Shown: positions 37,292 through 46,965 of the stretch, one piece after another | Numbering within the stretch: the stretch's first letter is position 1 | Layout: every line of letters starts with the position of its first letter | Assembly: GCA_964473325.1 (NCBI GenBank) | Contig: CAYYOG010000004.1 | Coordinates: forward strand, 48,258 to 112,257 | DNA from: an uncultured Thermotogae bacterium | GTDB lineage: Bacteria > Bipolaricaulota > Bipolaricaulia > RBG-16-55-9 > DRXL01 | Direction of reading: 5' to 3' | Length of the DNA: 64,000 nucleotides | Position numbers and translations under genes: made by a program | Notes under the pieces: model-generated | The model's database searches: none | Seen by the model: the letters and a program-made list of their open reading frames with translations, nothing else | Told to the model about the DNA's origin: nothing

Positions 37292-39571
37292 TCACACTCT
37301 CCCTAAAGCCTTAAGAATCTTCTCGCGCGTGAGGGGCAGCTCATAGATGCGCACTCCCAAGGCATTAGCGACGGCATTGGCAATCGCCGCTGCTGTGGGA
37401 ATGATCGGCGGCTCGCCCACCCCCTTCGCGCCTAGATTGTTCGCTCTCGGATCGGGCCGGTCGACCATCTCGAAAACAATCTCGGGAATATCGAGCGCTG
37501 TGGGAAGTTTATAGTTTTCCAAGTTATCGTTCACGACGATGCCCGTATTTCTATCCACAACGCGCTGCTCGAAGAGCGCATACCCCAGCCCTTGGATGAT
37601 GCCGCCCTCGATCTGGCTTGAGAGCGTCAACGGATTGATAACTCGTCCAGAGTCGTGTACGGCTACAATTCTTTCGACTCTGACTTCTCCGGTCTCCGTG
37701 TCGACCGTAACTTCAGCAAACTGAGCCCCAAACGTATTCACCGTGACGTCTTCGGGGTTGGGCTCACGTGCCCCGCGCCCGATGATCATGAAATTCTCAA
37801 GATTCTTGAGCACTTCATGCACGGCAACGGGCTTTGGGAGTGCTGAGTTAGTGAGTAGCCCATCAGCGATGGTGAGCGAGTCGCGTGGGACTTCGAGCAC
37901 CTGGGCGGCAACGTCTAAGAGCTGCTGGCGTGCATCGTGCGCGGCGACGCGCACTGCTGGGCCAACGCTCGCTACCGTCATGCTCCCTGCGCTCAACGGC
38001 GCATACAGCCCCATCTGCGTGTCCCCAAGCGCGACTGAAATCTTCTCCAGGGGAAAGCCCAGCTCTTCCGCAGCGATCTGTGCTAAGATCGTCTTCGTTC
38101 CCGTGCCGATGTCTTGGGTGCCGGTGATGACCGTAGCGGTGCCGTCGGGGTTGATCTTGACGATGGCGTAAGCTGGAGGCATGCCGTTGCCGCTCCAGAT
38201 CTGCGATGCCATGCCGAAGCCACGGCAAATTCGTCCTGAAGACTCAGCGTGCTTGGGCCATCTAAAGAGCTTCGCCCCGCGCTCGTAGGCTTCGCGCAGG
38301 CCCTTGGTCGAGTAAGGCCGCCCCGTCGTCTGGTCTATCTCTGTATAGTTTTTGAAACGCAGCTCGAGCGGGTCCATGCCCAGCTCTTTGGCTAGCTCGT
38401 CCATGATGGACTCGAGCGCAAAGGTGCCTTCGACGTAACCAGGGGCACGGAAGGCCGACAACGGCCCGGTGTTCGTGAAGACCGTATACTGTTCAGTTCG
38501 TACGTTTGGGCACGCGTAGAGCTCGCGTGCTGGGCCACCAAGCGACGGCGGCCACAGACAATACGCTCCGCCAGTAACGATTGCTTTCAGCTCGAGCGCT
38601 GTGAGTGTGCCGTCGCGCTTGGCTCCGATCTTTACATGCTGCACGCTTGCAGGGCGGTTGCCTGTGGCGAGATTCTCTTCATGGCGATCTAACATAATTT
38701 TGACAGGCCGGCCTGTCATCTTCGCCGCGAGCGCCGCGATCACTGTGTATTTGCCGAGATTGTTCTTGCTGCCGAAGCCTCCGCCCATGTAGTGTTTGAT
38801 CACCCTGACTTTGTGCAGGGGCAACCCCAACAGACGCGCTAAGCCCTCGCGCACCCCAAAGATATGTTGCGTCGAATCCCAGACAGTGAGAGTATCTCCT
38901 TCCCACATGGCAACGCTGCCATGGGGTTCCATGCAGTTATGAAGAGCGCACTGGGTTCTGAACGTTCTTTCTATAACGACGTCAGCCTGAGCGAAGCCTT
39001 GAGCGAGATCGCCCCGTTGGTAGACTTCGGGCTGTCCCCCTAATAAATTGCCGTCGGGGTGGATCTTGGGCGCGTTTGGCTGAAGAGCTTCTCCTGGGTC
39101 AAGCACGAAGGGTAAGACTTCATACTCGACTTCGATAAGTTCGAGAGCGTCTTGGGCGATCTCCTCGTCGTCGGCGATGACGCACGCGACCTCGTCGCCA
39201 ACATAGCGCACGACTTCATCAAATATGAACGTCTGGCGCCGAAAAGATATTTTGGGGGTGTTTTTATAGCTAAGCACGGCGCGGACGCCGGGGAGTTTTT
39301 CAGCACGCTGAGTATTGATATTTTTAATTCTCGCGTGCGGGTGCGGGCTGCGTAGAATTTTGCCGTAGAGCATTCCTGGAAGCTGTACGTCGAATGTATA
39401 GACGGCTTTGCCGGTAGCGCGCTCTGGGCCATCAATCCGCGTGGTCTTTTTGCCGACACATTGTAAGGGGGTCTGGGCTTCCCACGCCGATAGCCCTTCG
39501 CCCTCAACAACGATATACTCTTCTAAGACGCGACCTTCAAACTCTGTTTTTGTTTTTATGATTTTGGGCAT
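37292..39571 (-). CDS. Xanthine dehydrogenase-family molybdopterin subunit (PaoC/YagR-like)
   Basis: ILRSPHPHARI, HNCMEPH, MGGGFGSK, FRAPG, QDIGTGT, AKGVGEPP. Confidence 0.92.
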   Translation of the reverse strand: MPKIIKTKTEFEGRVLEEYIVVEGEGLSAWEAQTPLQCVGKKTTRIDGPERATGKAVYTFDVQLPGMLYGKILRSPHPHARIKNINTQRAEKLPGVRAVLSYKNTPKISFRRQTFIFDEVVRYVGDEVACVIADDEEIAQDALELIEVEYEVLPFVLDPGEALQPNAPKIHPDGNLLGGQPEVYQRGDLAQGFAQADVVIERTFRTQCALHNCMEPHGSVAMWEGDTLTVWDSTQHIFGVREGLARLLGLPLHKVRVIKHYMGGGFGSKNNLGKYTVIAALAAKMTGRPVKIMLDRHEENLATGNRPASVQHVKIGAKRDGTLTALELKAIVTGGAYCLWPPSLGGPARELYACPNVRTEQYTVFTNTGPLSAFRAPGYVEGTFALESIMDELAKELGMDPLELRFKNYTEIDQTTGRPYSTKGLREAYERGAKLFRWPKHAESSGRICRGFGMASQIWSGNGMPPAYAIVKINPDGTATVITGTQDIGTGTKTILAQIAAEELGFPLEKISVALGDTQMGLYAPLSAGSMTVASVGPAVRVAAHDARQQLLDVAAQVLEVPRDSLTIADGLLTNSALPKPVAVHEVLKNLENFMIIGRGAREPNPEDVTVNTFGAQFAEVTVDTETGEVRVERIVAVHDSGRVINPLTLSSQIEGGIIQGLGYALFEQRVVDRNTGIVVNDNLENYKLPTALDIPEIVFEMVDRPDPRANNLGAKGVGEPPIIPTAAAIANAVANALGVRIYELPLTREKILKALGRV

Positions 39572-39574
39572 AGT

Positions 39575-40105
39575 TTATCTCCCTGTGCGCACGAGATCTG
39601 CTGCGCGCAGTGCAGCTTTGAAGATCTTCGGATACGCTCCACAGCGACACAAGTTTCCCGCCAGAGCGCGCTTGACATCCTCGAGTGTGGGGGTGGGGTT
39701 CTTGTCGAGCAGCGCTTTCACGGACATAATTTGCCCTGGGGTGCAAAAGCCGCACTGGAGGGCATCTTCTTCGATGAACGCTTGCTGTATGGGATGGAGC
39801 TTCTCATTGTGAGAAAGCCCCTCGATGGTCTCGATGGACTTGCCCTCACACTCGACGGTGAGGGCCATACACGCGTAGATCGGCTCGCCGTCTACTAAAA
39901 CAGTACACGCGCCGCAGGTGCCCTCATCGCAGGCTTTCTTCGTTCCCGTCAATCCCAGGTCTTTTCTGAGGGCGTCCAGAAGTGTGCGGCGCGGCTCGAC
40001 GAGCACGTCATGCGTTTCGCCGTTGACGATCAGTTTTACAGGGGTTTTGCTCGGCCCGCGGGCAGCGATCTTGAGTTTTCTTGAACGGGCGGCTTTGGTC
40101 GCCAT
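39575..40105 (-). CDS. Xanthine dehydrogenase-family 2x[2Fe-2S] subunit
   Basis: GTKKACDEGTCGAC, QCGFCTPG, GNLCRCGAY; GAGGAGG SD before ATG 40105; no Tat motif. Confidence 0.92.
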   Translation of the reverse strand: MATKAARSRKLKIAARGPSKTPVKLIVNGETHDVLVEPRRTLLDALRKDLGLTGTKKACDEGTCGACTVLVDGEPIYACMALTVECEGKSIETIEGLSHNEKLHPIQQAFIEEDALQCGFCTPGQIMSVKALLDKNPTPTLEDVKRALAGNLCRCGAYPKIFKAALRAADLVRTGR

Positions 40106-40134
40106 AGGAACCTCCTCGCTCACACTCTCGGAAG

Positions 40135-40216
40135 AGTATAGTCGAGCATGACCAGAACGTCAACGAGGGAAGCTGTGTGTGGAGCTCTTGCCTCAAACAA
40201 GCCTAGACGCTATAAT
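40135..40216. promoter_or_regulatory. Back-to-back sigma70 promoters
   Basis: Minus strand TTGACG-17-TATACT (40163-40135); plus strand TTGCCT-17-TATAAT (40188-40216). Confidence 0.7.
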
Positions 40217-40222
40217 CTCGCC

Positions 40223-41242
40223 ATGGCCACGATGCAGCTCGATGGACTTCTGCAAAAGACTAAAGAACTCGAACAGCAAGCTCTGCAAGAGCTGAAGGCG
40301 CTTTCGAGCACCAAGCTCTGCGAAGAATTTCGCGTCAAATATCTTGGGCGCAAGGGCCAGCTCGCCCAACTCTTAGATGAGCTGAAGACATTGCCCCCGC
40401 ACGAGCGCGCCGAGGCTGGCCGCACGCTCAACACCCTTAAAGAGACATTAACTGCTGAGCTGGAGCGACGCTTGGCGGAGTTTGCCCGCATTGAGAAAGA
40501 AGCGCGCCTGCGCGCCGAAGCCCTTGATGTAACGCTTCCTGGACGTCGGCACAAACTAGGAAGTTTGCACTTAATCACCCAAGTCACCAAAGAGCTCGAG
40601 GATATCTTTGTCCGATTGGGCTTTGAGGTCGTCACTGGCCCTGAAGTCGAGACAGATTACTATAATTTTGAAGCGCTCAACATGCCTAAAGATCACCCGG
40701 CTCGCGACGACTGGGACTCTTTCTATATCGAGGGCTTCGACGATCTACTCTTGCGCACGCATACGTCACCGGTGCAGATTCGCGTGATGCAGCAGCGTCG
40801 CCCGCCGGTGAAGGTCGTCGTTCCGGGCAAATGCTTCCGGCGCGACGCGACTGACGCCACGCACTCACCGGTCTTTCATCAGATCGAGATGCTCTGGGTG
40901 GACAAAGGCATCACCTTAGCGCACTTGAAGGGCACCATTCTCGCATTCATTGAGGAGTTCTTTGGGAGGAACTTCGAAGCACGCTTTGTGGGAGATTACT
41001 TCCCATTCACGGAGCCGAGCTTGCAGGTCCATGTGCGGCGCAAGGGCAGCGAACGATGGCTTGAAATTCTCGGTGCGGGCATGGTCGACCCCGCTGTACT
41101 CCAAGAAGTCGACTACGACCCCGAAGAGTACACAGGCTTTGCGTTCGGACTTGGCGTCGAGCGCATGGCTATGCTAAAATACGGCGTGGACGATATACGG
41201 ACGTTCTATCAGAACGATATTCGCTTTATTGAGACGTTCTAA
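40223..41242 (+). CDS. pheS: Phenylalanine--tRNA ligase alpha subunit
   Basis: KYLGRKG, LDVTLPG, NFEALNMPKDHPARD, LRTHTSPVQ, THSPVFHQIE, FPFTEPS, GFAFGLGVER. Confidence 0.96.
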   Translation: MATMQLDGLLQKTKELEQQALQELKALSSTKLCEEFRVKYLGRKGQLAQLLDELKTLPPHERAEAGRTLNTLKETLTAELERRLAEFARIEKEARLRAEALDVTLPGRRHKLGSLHLITQVTKELEDIFVRLGFEVVTGPEVETDYYNFEALNMPKDHPARDDWDSFYIEGFDDLLLRTHTSPVQIRVMQQRRPPVKVVVPGKCFRRDATDATHSPVFHQIEMLWVDKGITLAHLKGTILAFIEEFFGRNFEARFVGDYFPFTEPSLQVHVRRKGSERWLEILGAGMVDPAVLQEVDYDPEEYTGFAFGLGVERMAMLKYGVDDIRTFYQNDIRFIETF

Positions 41243-41271
41243 AGGGAGGGATTCCACGAAGCTGGGCGAAG

Positions 41272-42201
41272 ATGCATCACGAGCCGGAAGAAGAGATCCC
41301 GCCACAACGTGGGTACTGGGTGCCTCAGAACTTCGGAGGGCTGCCTCCGGAGTTCTCTCGTTTTGCGTCGGCGCGTGCGGTCGTTCTCCCTGTGCCGTAT
41401 GATCTGACGACGTCGTATCTAGCAGGCACACGTCACGGCCCTCAAGCAATCATCGAGGCGTCGGAACATTTGGAGCTTTACGACGAAGAGCTCCAGTGTG
41501 AGCCCTATCGCGTAGGGATTCACACCCTGCCTCCGCTGGAGCCTTCAGCAGCTAGTCCCCAAGAGACTCTCCAGCGCGTCGAAGAAGTCATTGCGTGGCT
41601 TGTGGACCATGACAAATTCCCAGTGATGCTCGGTGGTGAACACTCGCTGACGCTTGCGCCTGTGCGGGCGTTCCGAAAAAGATTCAAAGAGTTTTCGGTC
41701 TTGCAGCTCGATGCCCATGCTGACTTGCGTGACAGTTTCCAGGGCACACCATTCAATCACGCTTGTGTCGGGCGACGGATACACGAGCTTGGGGTCAACC
41801 TCGTGCAGATCGGGGTTCGCGCGATTAGCCCTGAAGAAGCTGAATTTATCAGCAGGGCGAGGAATCTGCACGTCTGCTTCGATTATGCGCTGCAGAGCGA
41901 CTCAGCCCAAATTGAAGAAGCTCTCCATAGGCTGCGTACCCTCGTCTATGTGACTATAGACTTAGACGTCTTCGACCCCGCGCTGATGCCCGCTGTGGGC
42001 ACCCCAGAACCCGGTGGGCTCGATTGGTACACTGTGCTCAAGATTCTCCGATACGTTAAAGAAACACACACGGTGCTCGGCTTTGACGTCGTCGAGCTGT
42101 GCCCTATTGCGGGGATAGTGGGGCCGAACTTTCTTGCTGCCAAGCTCGTCTACAAGATGCTCGGCTATTTTCTCAGCACGACGAAAGGAGGTCAGAGATG
42201 A
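41272..42201 (+). CDS. speB: Agmatinase (ureohydrolase family)
   Basis: GGEHS, DAHADL, DLDVFDP, GTPEPGG motifs. Confidence 0.9.
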   Translation: MHHEPEEEIPPQRGYWVPQNFGGLPPEFSRFASARAVVLPVPYDLTTSYLAGTRHGPQAIIEASEHLELYDEELQCEPYRVGIHTLPPLEPSAASPQETLQRVEEVIAWLVDHDKFPVMLGGEHSLTLAPVRAFRKRFKEFSVLQLDAHADLRDSFQGTPFNHACVGRRIHELGVNLVQIGVRAISPEEAEFISRARNLHVCFDYALQSDSAQIEEALHRLRTLVYVTIDLDVFDPALMPAVGTPEPGGLDWYTVLKILRYVKETHTVLGFDVVELCPIAGIVGPNFLAAKLVYKMLGYFLSTTKGGQR

Positions 42202-42752
42202 ACGATTTTCCCCTGGTGCCGACGCGGGTCTTCTTCACGAAGGGGGTCGGGACACACAAGGAAGAGCTGCGCTCATTCGAGGCAGCGCTGCGTGATGCAG
42301 GGATCGAAAAATATAATTTAGTCCATGTCTCGAGCATCTTGCCACCGCGGTGCAAGATCATCCCGAAATCTGAGGGGCTCAAAGAGCTCAAGCCGGGGCA
42401 GATCGTCTTCTGCGTCATGGCGCGCTGCTCCAGCGATGAACCTCGTCGGCTTATTGCTGCGTCTATCGGGTGTGCCGTGCCCGCTGACCCTGATGCCTAC
42501 GGGTATCTCAGCGAACACCATGCCTACGGACAGAACGAAAAGCAAGCGGGCGACTACGCTGAAGACCTCGCAGCTTCTATGCTGGCCTCTACCTTGGGAA
42601 TTGAGTTCAACGACACAGCGAACTGGGACGAGAAAGAGCAAGTCTGGAAGATGTCGGGGAAGATCGTGCGCACGCGCAACGAGACGCAAACAGCAATTGT
42701 CAACGGCGACGGGTGGACGACAGTCGTCGCGGCAGCCGTCTTTCTCTTCTAA
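42198..42752 (+). CDS. pdaD: Pyruvoyl-dependent arginine decarboxylase
   Basis: [36 protein letters not shown]; ATGA overlap with speB. Confidence 0.9.
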   Translation: MNDFPLVPTRVFFTKGVGTHKEELRSFEAALRDAGIEKYNLVHVSSILPPRCKIIPKSEGLKELKPGQIVFCVMARCSSDEPRRLIAASIGCAVPADPDAYGYLSEHHAYGQNEKQAGDYAEDLAASMLASTLGIEFNDTANWDEKEQVWKMSGKIVRTRNETQTAIVNGDGWTTVVAAAVFLF

Positions 42753-42753
42753 A

Positions 42754-42837
42754 CCAGGCTTCGCCTGCACGCTGCGCGTGGGCTTCATCTTCGCCGGCCC
42801 CTGGCCGGCGAAGGCGTACGGTCCAGGCGAAGCCTGG
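42754..42837 (-). repeat. MITE-like repeat family B, complete copy
   Basis: Perfect 14-bp terminal inverted repeats CCAGGCTTCGCCTG/CAGGCGAAGCCTGG; internal CTTCGCCGGCC/GGCCGGCGAAG hairpin; 84 bp. Confidence 0.88.
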
Positions 42838-42852
42838 CCCACACGCGGAGTG

Positions 42853-42881
42853 TTGACAGAATCACCGATATCGATTAATAT
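42853..42881 (+). promoter_or_regulatory. sigma70 promoter of tRNA-Lys/Glu
   Basis: TTGACA-17-TAATAT, 9 nt before the tRNA. Confidence 0.7.
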
Positions 42882-42890
42882 AAAAGAGCT

Positions 42891-42963
42891 GGGTCGTTAG
42901 CTCAACTGGTAGAGCATCCGGCTCTTAACCGGAGGGTTGTAGGTTCGAGTCCTACACGACCCA
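42891..42963 (+). tRNA. tRNA-Lys (CTT)
   Basis: Acceptor GGGTCGT/ACGACCC; anticodon arm TCCGG-CTCTTAA-CCGGA; GGTTCGAG T-loop; CCA not encoded. Confidence 0.95.
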
Positions 42964-42970
42964 CATCTTT

Positions 42971-43043
42971 GTCCCCATCGACTAGCGGTCTAGGTCACGG
43001 CCCTTTCAAGGCCGAAACGGGGGTTCGAATCCCCCTGGGGACG
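42971..43043 (+). tRNA. tRNA-Glu (TTC)
   Basis: Acceptor GTCCCCA/TGGGGAC; CGGCC-CTTTCAA-GGCCG; GGTTCGAA T-loop; CCA not encoded. Confidence 0.95.
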
Positions 43044-44187
43044 TATCTAGTCTATCGCTCACCAGCTCGATCAAGTCTGTGACTTGAATCTGGCTGCCTA
43101 CGACTTTTGTGGCCTCGTGGAGGTTCACCATGCAGAATTGGCAAGCCGTCACAACAAGATCAGCGCCGGTGTCGATGGCCTGCTTCAAGCGAGTCTCGGC
43201 TAAGCGTGCTTGTTCGTCTTTGATGGGCTCAACCCACATCCTGCCGCCACCGCCCCCGCAACAGAGCGCGCGTTCTCTACAGTCTTTCATCTCGATCAAC
43301 GTGACGCCGGGCATCGCGTTGATGATCTGCCTAGGGGCGTCGTAGATCTTATTGTGCCTGCCCAAAAAGCAAGGATCATGATACGTAACTTTAATCGGTG
43401 GCCCCTCAGCGAAGCTCAATCGGCGAGCTTGGAGAAGCTCTGCAAGGAACTGAACATAGTGCTGCACTTCCCAAGGTCCTGAAGGGTACTCATTTTTGAA
43501 AGCATTATAGCAGTGAGGTGACCCAGCCACGATCTTCTTGATCTTATACTTGTGCCAGAGCGCAGTATTAGTGTCAACGAGCATCTGAAAGAGCCCTTCT
43601 TCACCCAAACGGCGAATGCAACTGCCGCAACAGTTCTCTTCTTCTCCTAGGATGCCAAAGGGAATCCCAGAGTGTATCAAGACACGGACCATAGATTGAG
43701 CGATCTTCTGGGCTCTGGGATCATACGAGGCAGCACAACCGACATCATAGAGTATTTCCGTGTTTTCCGTGGGACGCCCGATATTGAGTGCAGCAGCCCA
43801 TTTAGCGCGTTCGCTCCGTGGCTTGCCCCAAGGGTTTCCGTACCGATCTGTCCCTTTAAAAGCAGCAAAGAGTGCCTTCGTGACGTGTTGAGGTACGCTG
43901 CCATTCTCGACGGCCCGGCTCCGCAGTGAAGCCAAAACTTCTGGAGGCTTGACTGCCATGGGACAGCGTGCCACGCAGGCGTTACAACTCGAGCAAACCC
44001 AGAGCTGCTCAGAACTGAGAACTTCTTCTGGTGCCAGTTGTGCTTTGAGCATTAACTTCCTCGGGTTGAAGCCCACGGTAGTGCTAAAGGGGCAGATGCT
44101 GCCGCAGGCCCCACACTGAAAACAGATATTCGCTTGCCGCAGCCTCGACTCTATGACTTTCTCGATATCAGTTATCTCTGCTGCCAT
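43006..44187 (-). CDS. HdrD/GlpC-like Fe-S oxidoreductase (2x4Fe-4S + 2 CCG domains)
   Basis: CFQCGACGSICP, CSSCNACVARCP, ENCCG, YHDPCFLGR, LCCGGGGG. Confidence 0.88.
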   Translation of the reverse strand: MAAEITDIEKVIESRLRQANICFQCGACGSICPFSTTVGFNPRKLMLKAQLAPEEVLSSEQLWVCSSCNACVARCPMAVKPPEVLASLRSRAVENGSVPQHVTKALFAAFKGTDRYGNPWGKPRSERAKWAAALNIGRPTENTEILYDVGCAASYDPRAQKIAQSMVRVLIHSGIPFGILGEEENCCGSCIRRLGEEGLFQMLVDTNTALWHKYKIKKIVAGSPHCYNAFKNEYPSGPWEVQHYVQFLAELLQARRLSFAEGPPIKVTYHDPCFLGRHNKIYDAPRQIINAMPGVTLIEMKDCRERALCCGGGGGRMWVEPIKDEQARLAETRLKQAIDTGADLVVTACQFCMVNLHEATKVVGSQIQVTDLIELVSDRLDTSPGGFEPPFRP

Positions 44188-44203
44188 ACTCTATCTAGCT
44201 CCT

Positions 44204-46009
44204 TCATAGTGCTTCTGCGACCAGCTCGGCGATCTCTTTGACTGCGATTCGCTTTTCATTCGCAGTAGTTTTAATAGCATCGCTGAACATCACTATGTCT
44301 TTGGGGCACGCTACGACAAGGTACTGTACTCCGTTTAGTGCAACAGCTTCGCGGACGCGACTCTCGCTGGGGCGCTCCTTCAAGTCAGCGAGCTCTTCCA
44401 TCCAGATCCGGCCACCCCCAGCGCCACAACAGTACGAATGCCCAAACGAGCGAGGCATCTCTCTGATCTTTACCCCTAAAGCGCGCAGCACCCGACGCGG
44501 AGGATCATACACCCCGTTGCAGCGCCCCAAATAGCATGGATCGTGATAGGTCAGCATATACTCGAGCTTCTGACGGAGGCGGAGCTTGCCCGTTTGGATC
44601 AGATCGTCTATAAGCTCTGTATGGTGAAGGACTACTTTGTCCCAGTTGTACTCGTTCTTGAGCGCATGGTAGCTATGGGGGTCTGTGGTCACGATCTTTT
44701 CGCAGCGCTCCATCGCTTTGATGTTCTTCTCTCTCAATATCTCGAAGAGCCCTTCTTCACCCACGCGGCGGACGTCTGTGCCCGCGTTCCGCTCTCCCTC
44801 GTAAAGAATGCCAAAATCCAGCCCTGCAGCACGGAAGATCTGTGCTACAGCCCGGGTGATCGGCTGCACCCTTGGGTCATAAGAAGCGTAGTCCCCGACA
44901 AACCATAAATATTCCACCGGCTCTGTGCGGGCATCTTTAATGTGAAAATCGAGCCCTTCCGTCCATTTGGGACGAGCGCGCTCTGACTTCCCAAACGAAT
45001 TGCCATAGCGTGTGAGACGAGCTAGGACATCTTGTAGTGATTGGTCCATCTCACCGCGTGCTACAAGGGCACGACGCATCTCCACGATGAGCGCGACATG
45101 CTCATTGAGAATAGGGCACCGCTCCATACACGCATAGCAAGTAGTGCATGACCAGATCTCTTTGGCTGAGATAGCATCGCCGGCAGGATTTGTCGCGCAC
45201 ATCAGCTCTTTGATATGGTGGATAAGCATCTTGGGCGAGAGCGCGGAACCGCTGTTCAAGGCGGGGCAAGCGCGGTCACAGCGCCCACACGCGGCGCAGG
45301 TCAGGCCGTTGAACAGCTGGCGCCACGTGAACTCTTCAAGGCGTGAGGCTCCCTCCGAGGGCGGTGGCACACTCCCAGGACGTAGCGAACCAAAGAACAC
45401 ACTGAAGGGCGAAGCCACTATGTGCCAGTGGTCTGAGAGCGCCATAAGGGCGACTATGGCCAGGCCAGCTCCTATGTAGATCCACCATACCCATGGAAAA
45501 GAATTCCTCAGGAGAAAAGCAAGAAGCATTACCCCGGAAAGCAGCTTGAGGACTAGAGTAGCATCAGCTGCTCTTTCCAAGCGAGGAGGAGTGAAAATAT
45601 AGCGTCGCACAGCTGCTACTATTAATGCTGTCAGAGCGAATGCACCCAGTACTTCCAGAGCAGAAGCCATCCACGGCACTTCATAAGCATAAGCAATAGG
45701 GGCGAAGGGGAACAGCTCCTTGAACAGGTTCCAGAGAAAGCCGACTGCGTGAAAGACGAACGCCCAAAAGATAAAGAAATGAGCGACACCGATCAGGGGC
45801 TCTTCAAAGAGCTTCTTTTGTCCCAATACATAGGTGAGAACAAGCTTGACCCGCTGAGGGAGTTGATCCCAGCGGTTTTCAGGGCGTGCTCTCTTGAAGA
45901 GGCGAATATAATGTACCGCGCGCCAAATGAAAAGAGAAAAAGAAGCTGCCGTGCCAAGCCAGAGAAGGAGACTTCCCACAAGCGTTGTTGTGGTATGCAT
46001 CTCGCTCAT
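44204..46009 (-). CDS. Membrane-anchored FadF/HdrF-like Fe-S oxidoreductase
   Basis: N-terminal TM domain (AHFFIFWAF), CAACGRCDRACP, CTTCYACMERCP, YHDPCYLGR, YCCGAGGG. Confidence 0.85.
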   Translation of the reverse strand: MSEMHTTTTLVGSLLLWLGTAASFSLFIWRAVHYIRLFKRARPENRWDQLPQRVKLVLTYVLGQKKLFEEPLIGVAHFFIFWAFVFHAVGFLWNLFKELFPFAPIAYAYEVPWMASALEVLGAFALTALIVAAVRRYIFTPPRLERAADATLVLKLLSGVMLLAFLLRNSFPWVWWIYIGAGLAIVALMALSDHWHIVASPFSVFFGSLRPGSVPPPSEGASRLEEFTWRQLFNGLTCAACGRCDRACPALNSGSALSPKMLIHHIKELMCATNPAGDAISAKEIWSCTTCYACMERCPILNEHVALIVEMRRALVARGEMDQSLQDVLARLTRYGNSFGKSERARPKWTEGLDFHIKDARTEPVEYLWFVGDYASYDPRVQPITRAVAQIFRAAGLDFGILYEGERNAGTDVRRVGEEGLFEILREKNIKAMERCEKIVTTDPHSYHALKNEYNWDKVVLHHTELIDDLIQTGKLRLRQKLEYMLTYHDPCYLGRCNGVYDPPRRVLRALGVKIREMPRSFGHSYCCGAGGGRIWMEELADLKERPSESRVREAVALNGVQYLVVACPKDIVMFSDAIKTTANEKRIAVKEIAELVAEAL

Positions 46010-46965
46010 CCTTTAGGCCTTCTAAGGGCATCTACCAAGGCGTGCAGCATATCTGAGGCCTCAGCGACAACGCCGTAGTGTGCCACGTTAAAGATAGGAG
46101 CTGCAGGGTCAGTATTCACTGCCACGATGAGCTCAGAATTTTTCATGCCTTCTGTGTGTTCAGGTGCCCCGCTAATCCCTAACGCAAGATAGAACTTGGG
46201 CTTCACTTGAATCCCTGAGCTCCCCACTTGTCGTGTGGCCGGCAGCCATCCCTGGTCGATCACGGGACGCGAGCCGCAGACCGCTCCACCCAATGTCTTA
46301 GCCAGCTCTTCTGCTACAGCAAGGTTTTCCTGATCGCCAATGCCGCGTCCCACGGCTACTAAGACGTCCAGCTTTGTAATGTCGAGATCGCCTGCTGCTG
46401 GCTCTATGTATTTCACGAATTTCACCTTGGGCGTTTCAGGAAGAGCTACGTGTACTGTCTCGATAGGGGGCATTCGTTCTGTGCGCCGTGCAGGCCTGGC
46501 CCCAGGTAAAATCCCCAAAATGGTCATCGGCGCTTCTGATGCAGCCGTGACCTCGATCTTACCCCCGTACAAGAGACACGTAGCTTGAATGGTACCGTCT
46601 ACTACGAAGACATTTTTGCAAGAGTTCACAAAGGGGACATTCAGCTGTGCAGCAAGCAAAGCTCCCAAATCCCACGACAGATTTGTCAACGGGATCAAGA
46701 GCGCCTTGGGCTGACGCTCCTTCAGGAGCATGGCCAGCGCCTCAGCGTACACTTCCGGTGTAGCGTCGGCTAGGGCCGGGCAGTCCGCATAAAGAACAGC
46801 ATCAGCCTCGCCTAGCTTTTCTCCCAGTTCTCTCATATTATGCCCAAGCAGTACAGCTTCTACTTTAGGAGCCAACTCTCGAGCGAGCGAAAGCATCTCG
46901 TAGGTCACTTCAGAGATCTGCCCTCTCCAGTGCTCAGCGAATACCCATACGGTCATAGCTCTCAC
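46006..46965 (-). CDS. etfA: Electron transfer flavoprotein alpha subunit
   Basis: VAVGRGIG, GSRPVID.GW, QVGSSG, GISGAPEH, AVNTDP.APIF. Confidence 0.92.
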   Translation of the reverse strand: MRAMTVWVFAEHWRGQISEVTYEMLSLARELAPKVEAVLLGHNMRELGEKLGEADAVLYADCPALADATPEVYAEALAMLLKERQPKALLIPLTNLSWDLGALLAAQLNVPFVNSCKNVFVVDGTIQATCLLYGGKIEVTAASEAPMTILGILPGARPARRTERMPPIETVHVALPETPKVKFVKYIEPAAGDLDITKLDVLVAVGRGIGDQENLAVAEELAKTLGGAVCGSRPVIDQGWLPATRQVGSSGIQVKPKFYLALGISGAPEHTEGMKNSELIVAVNTDPAAPIFNVAHYGVVAEASDMLHALVDALRRPKG

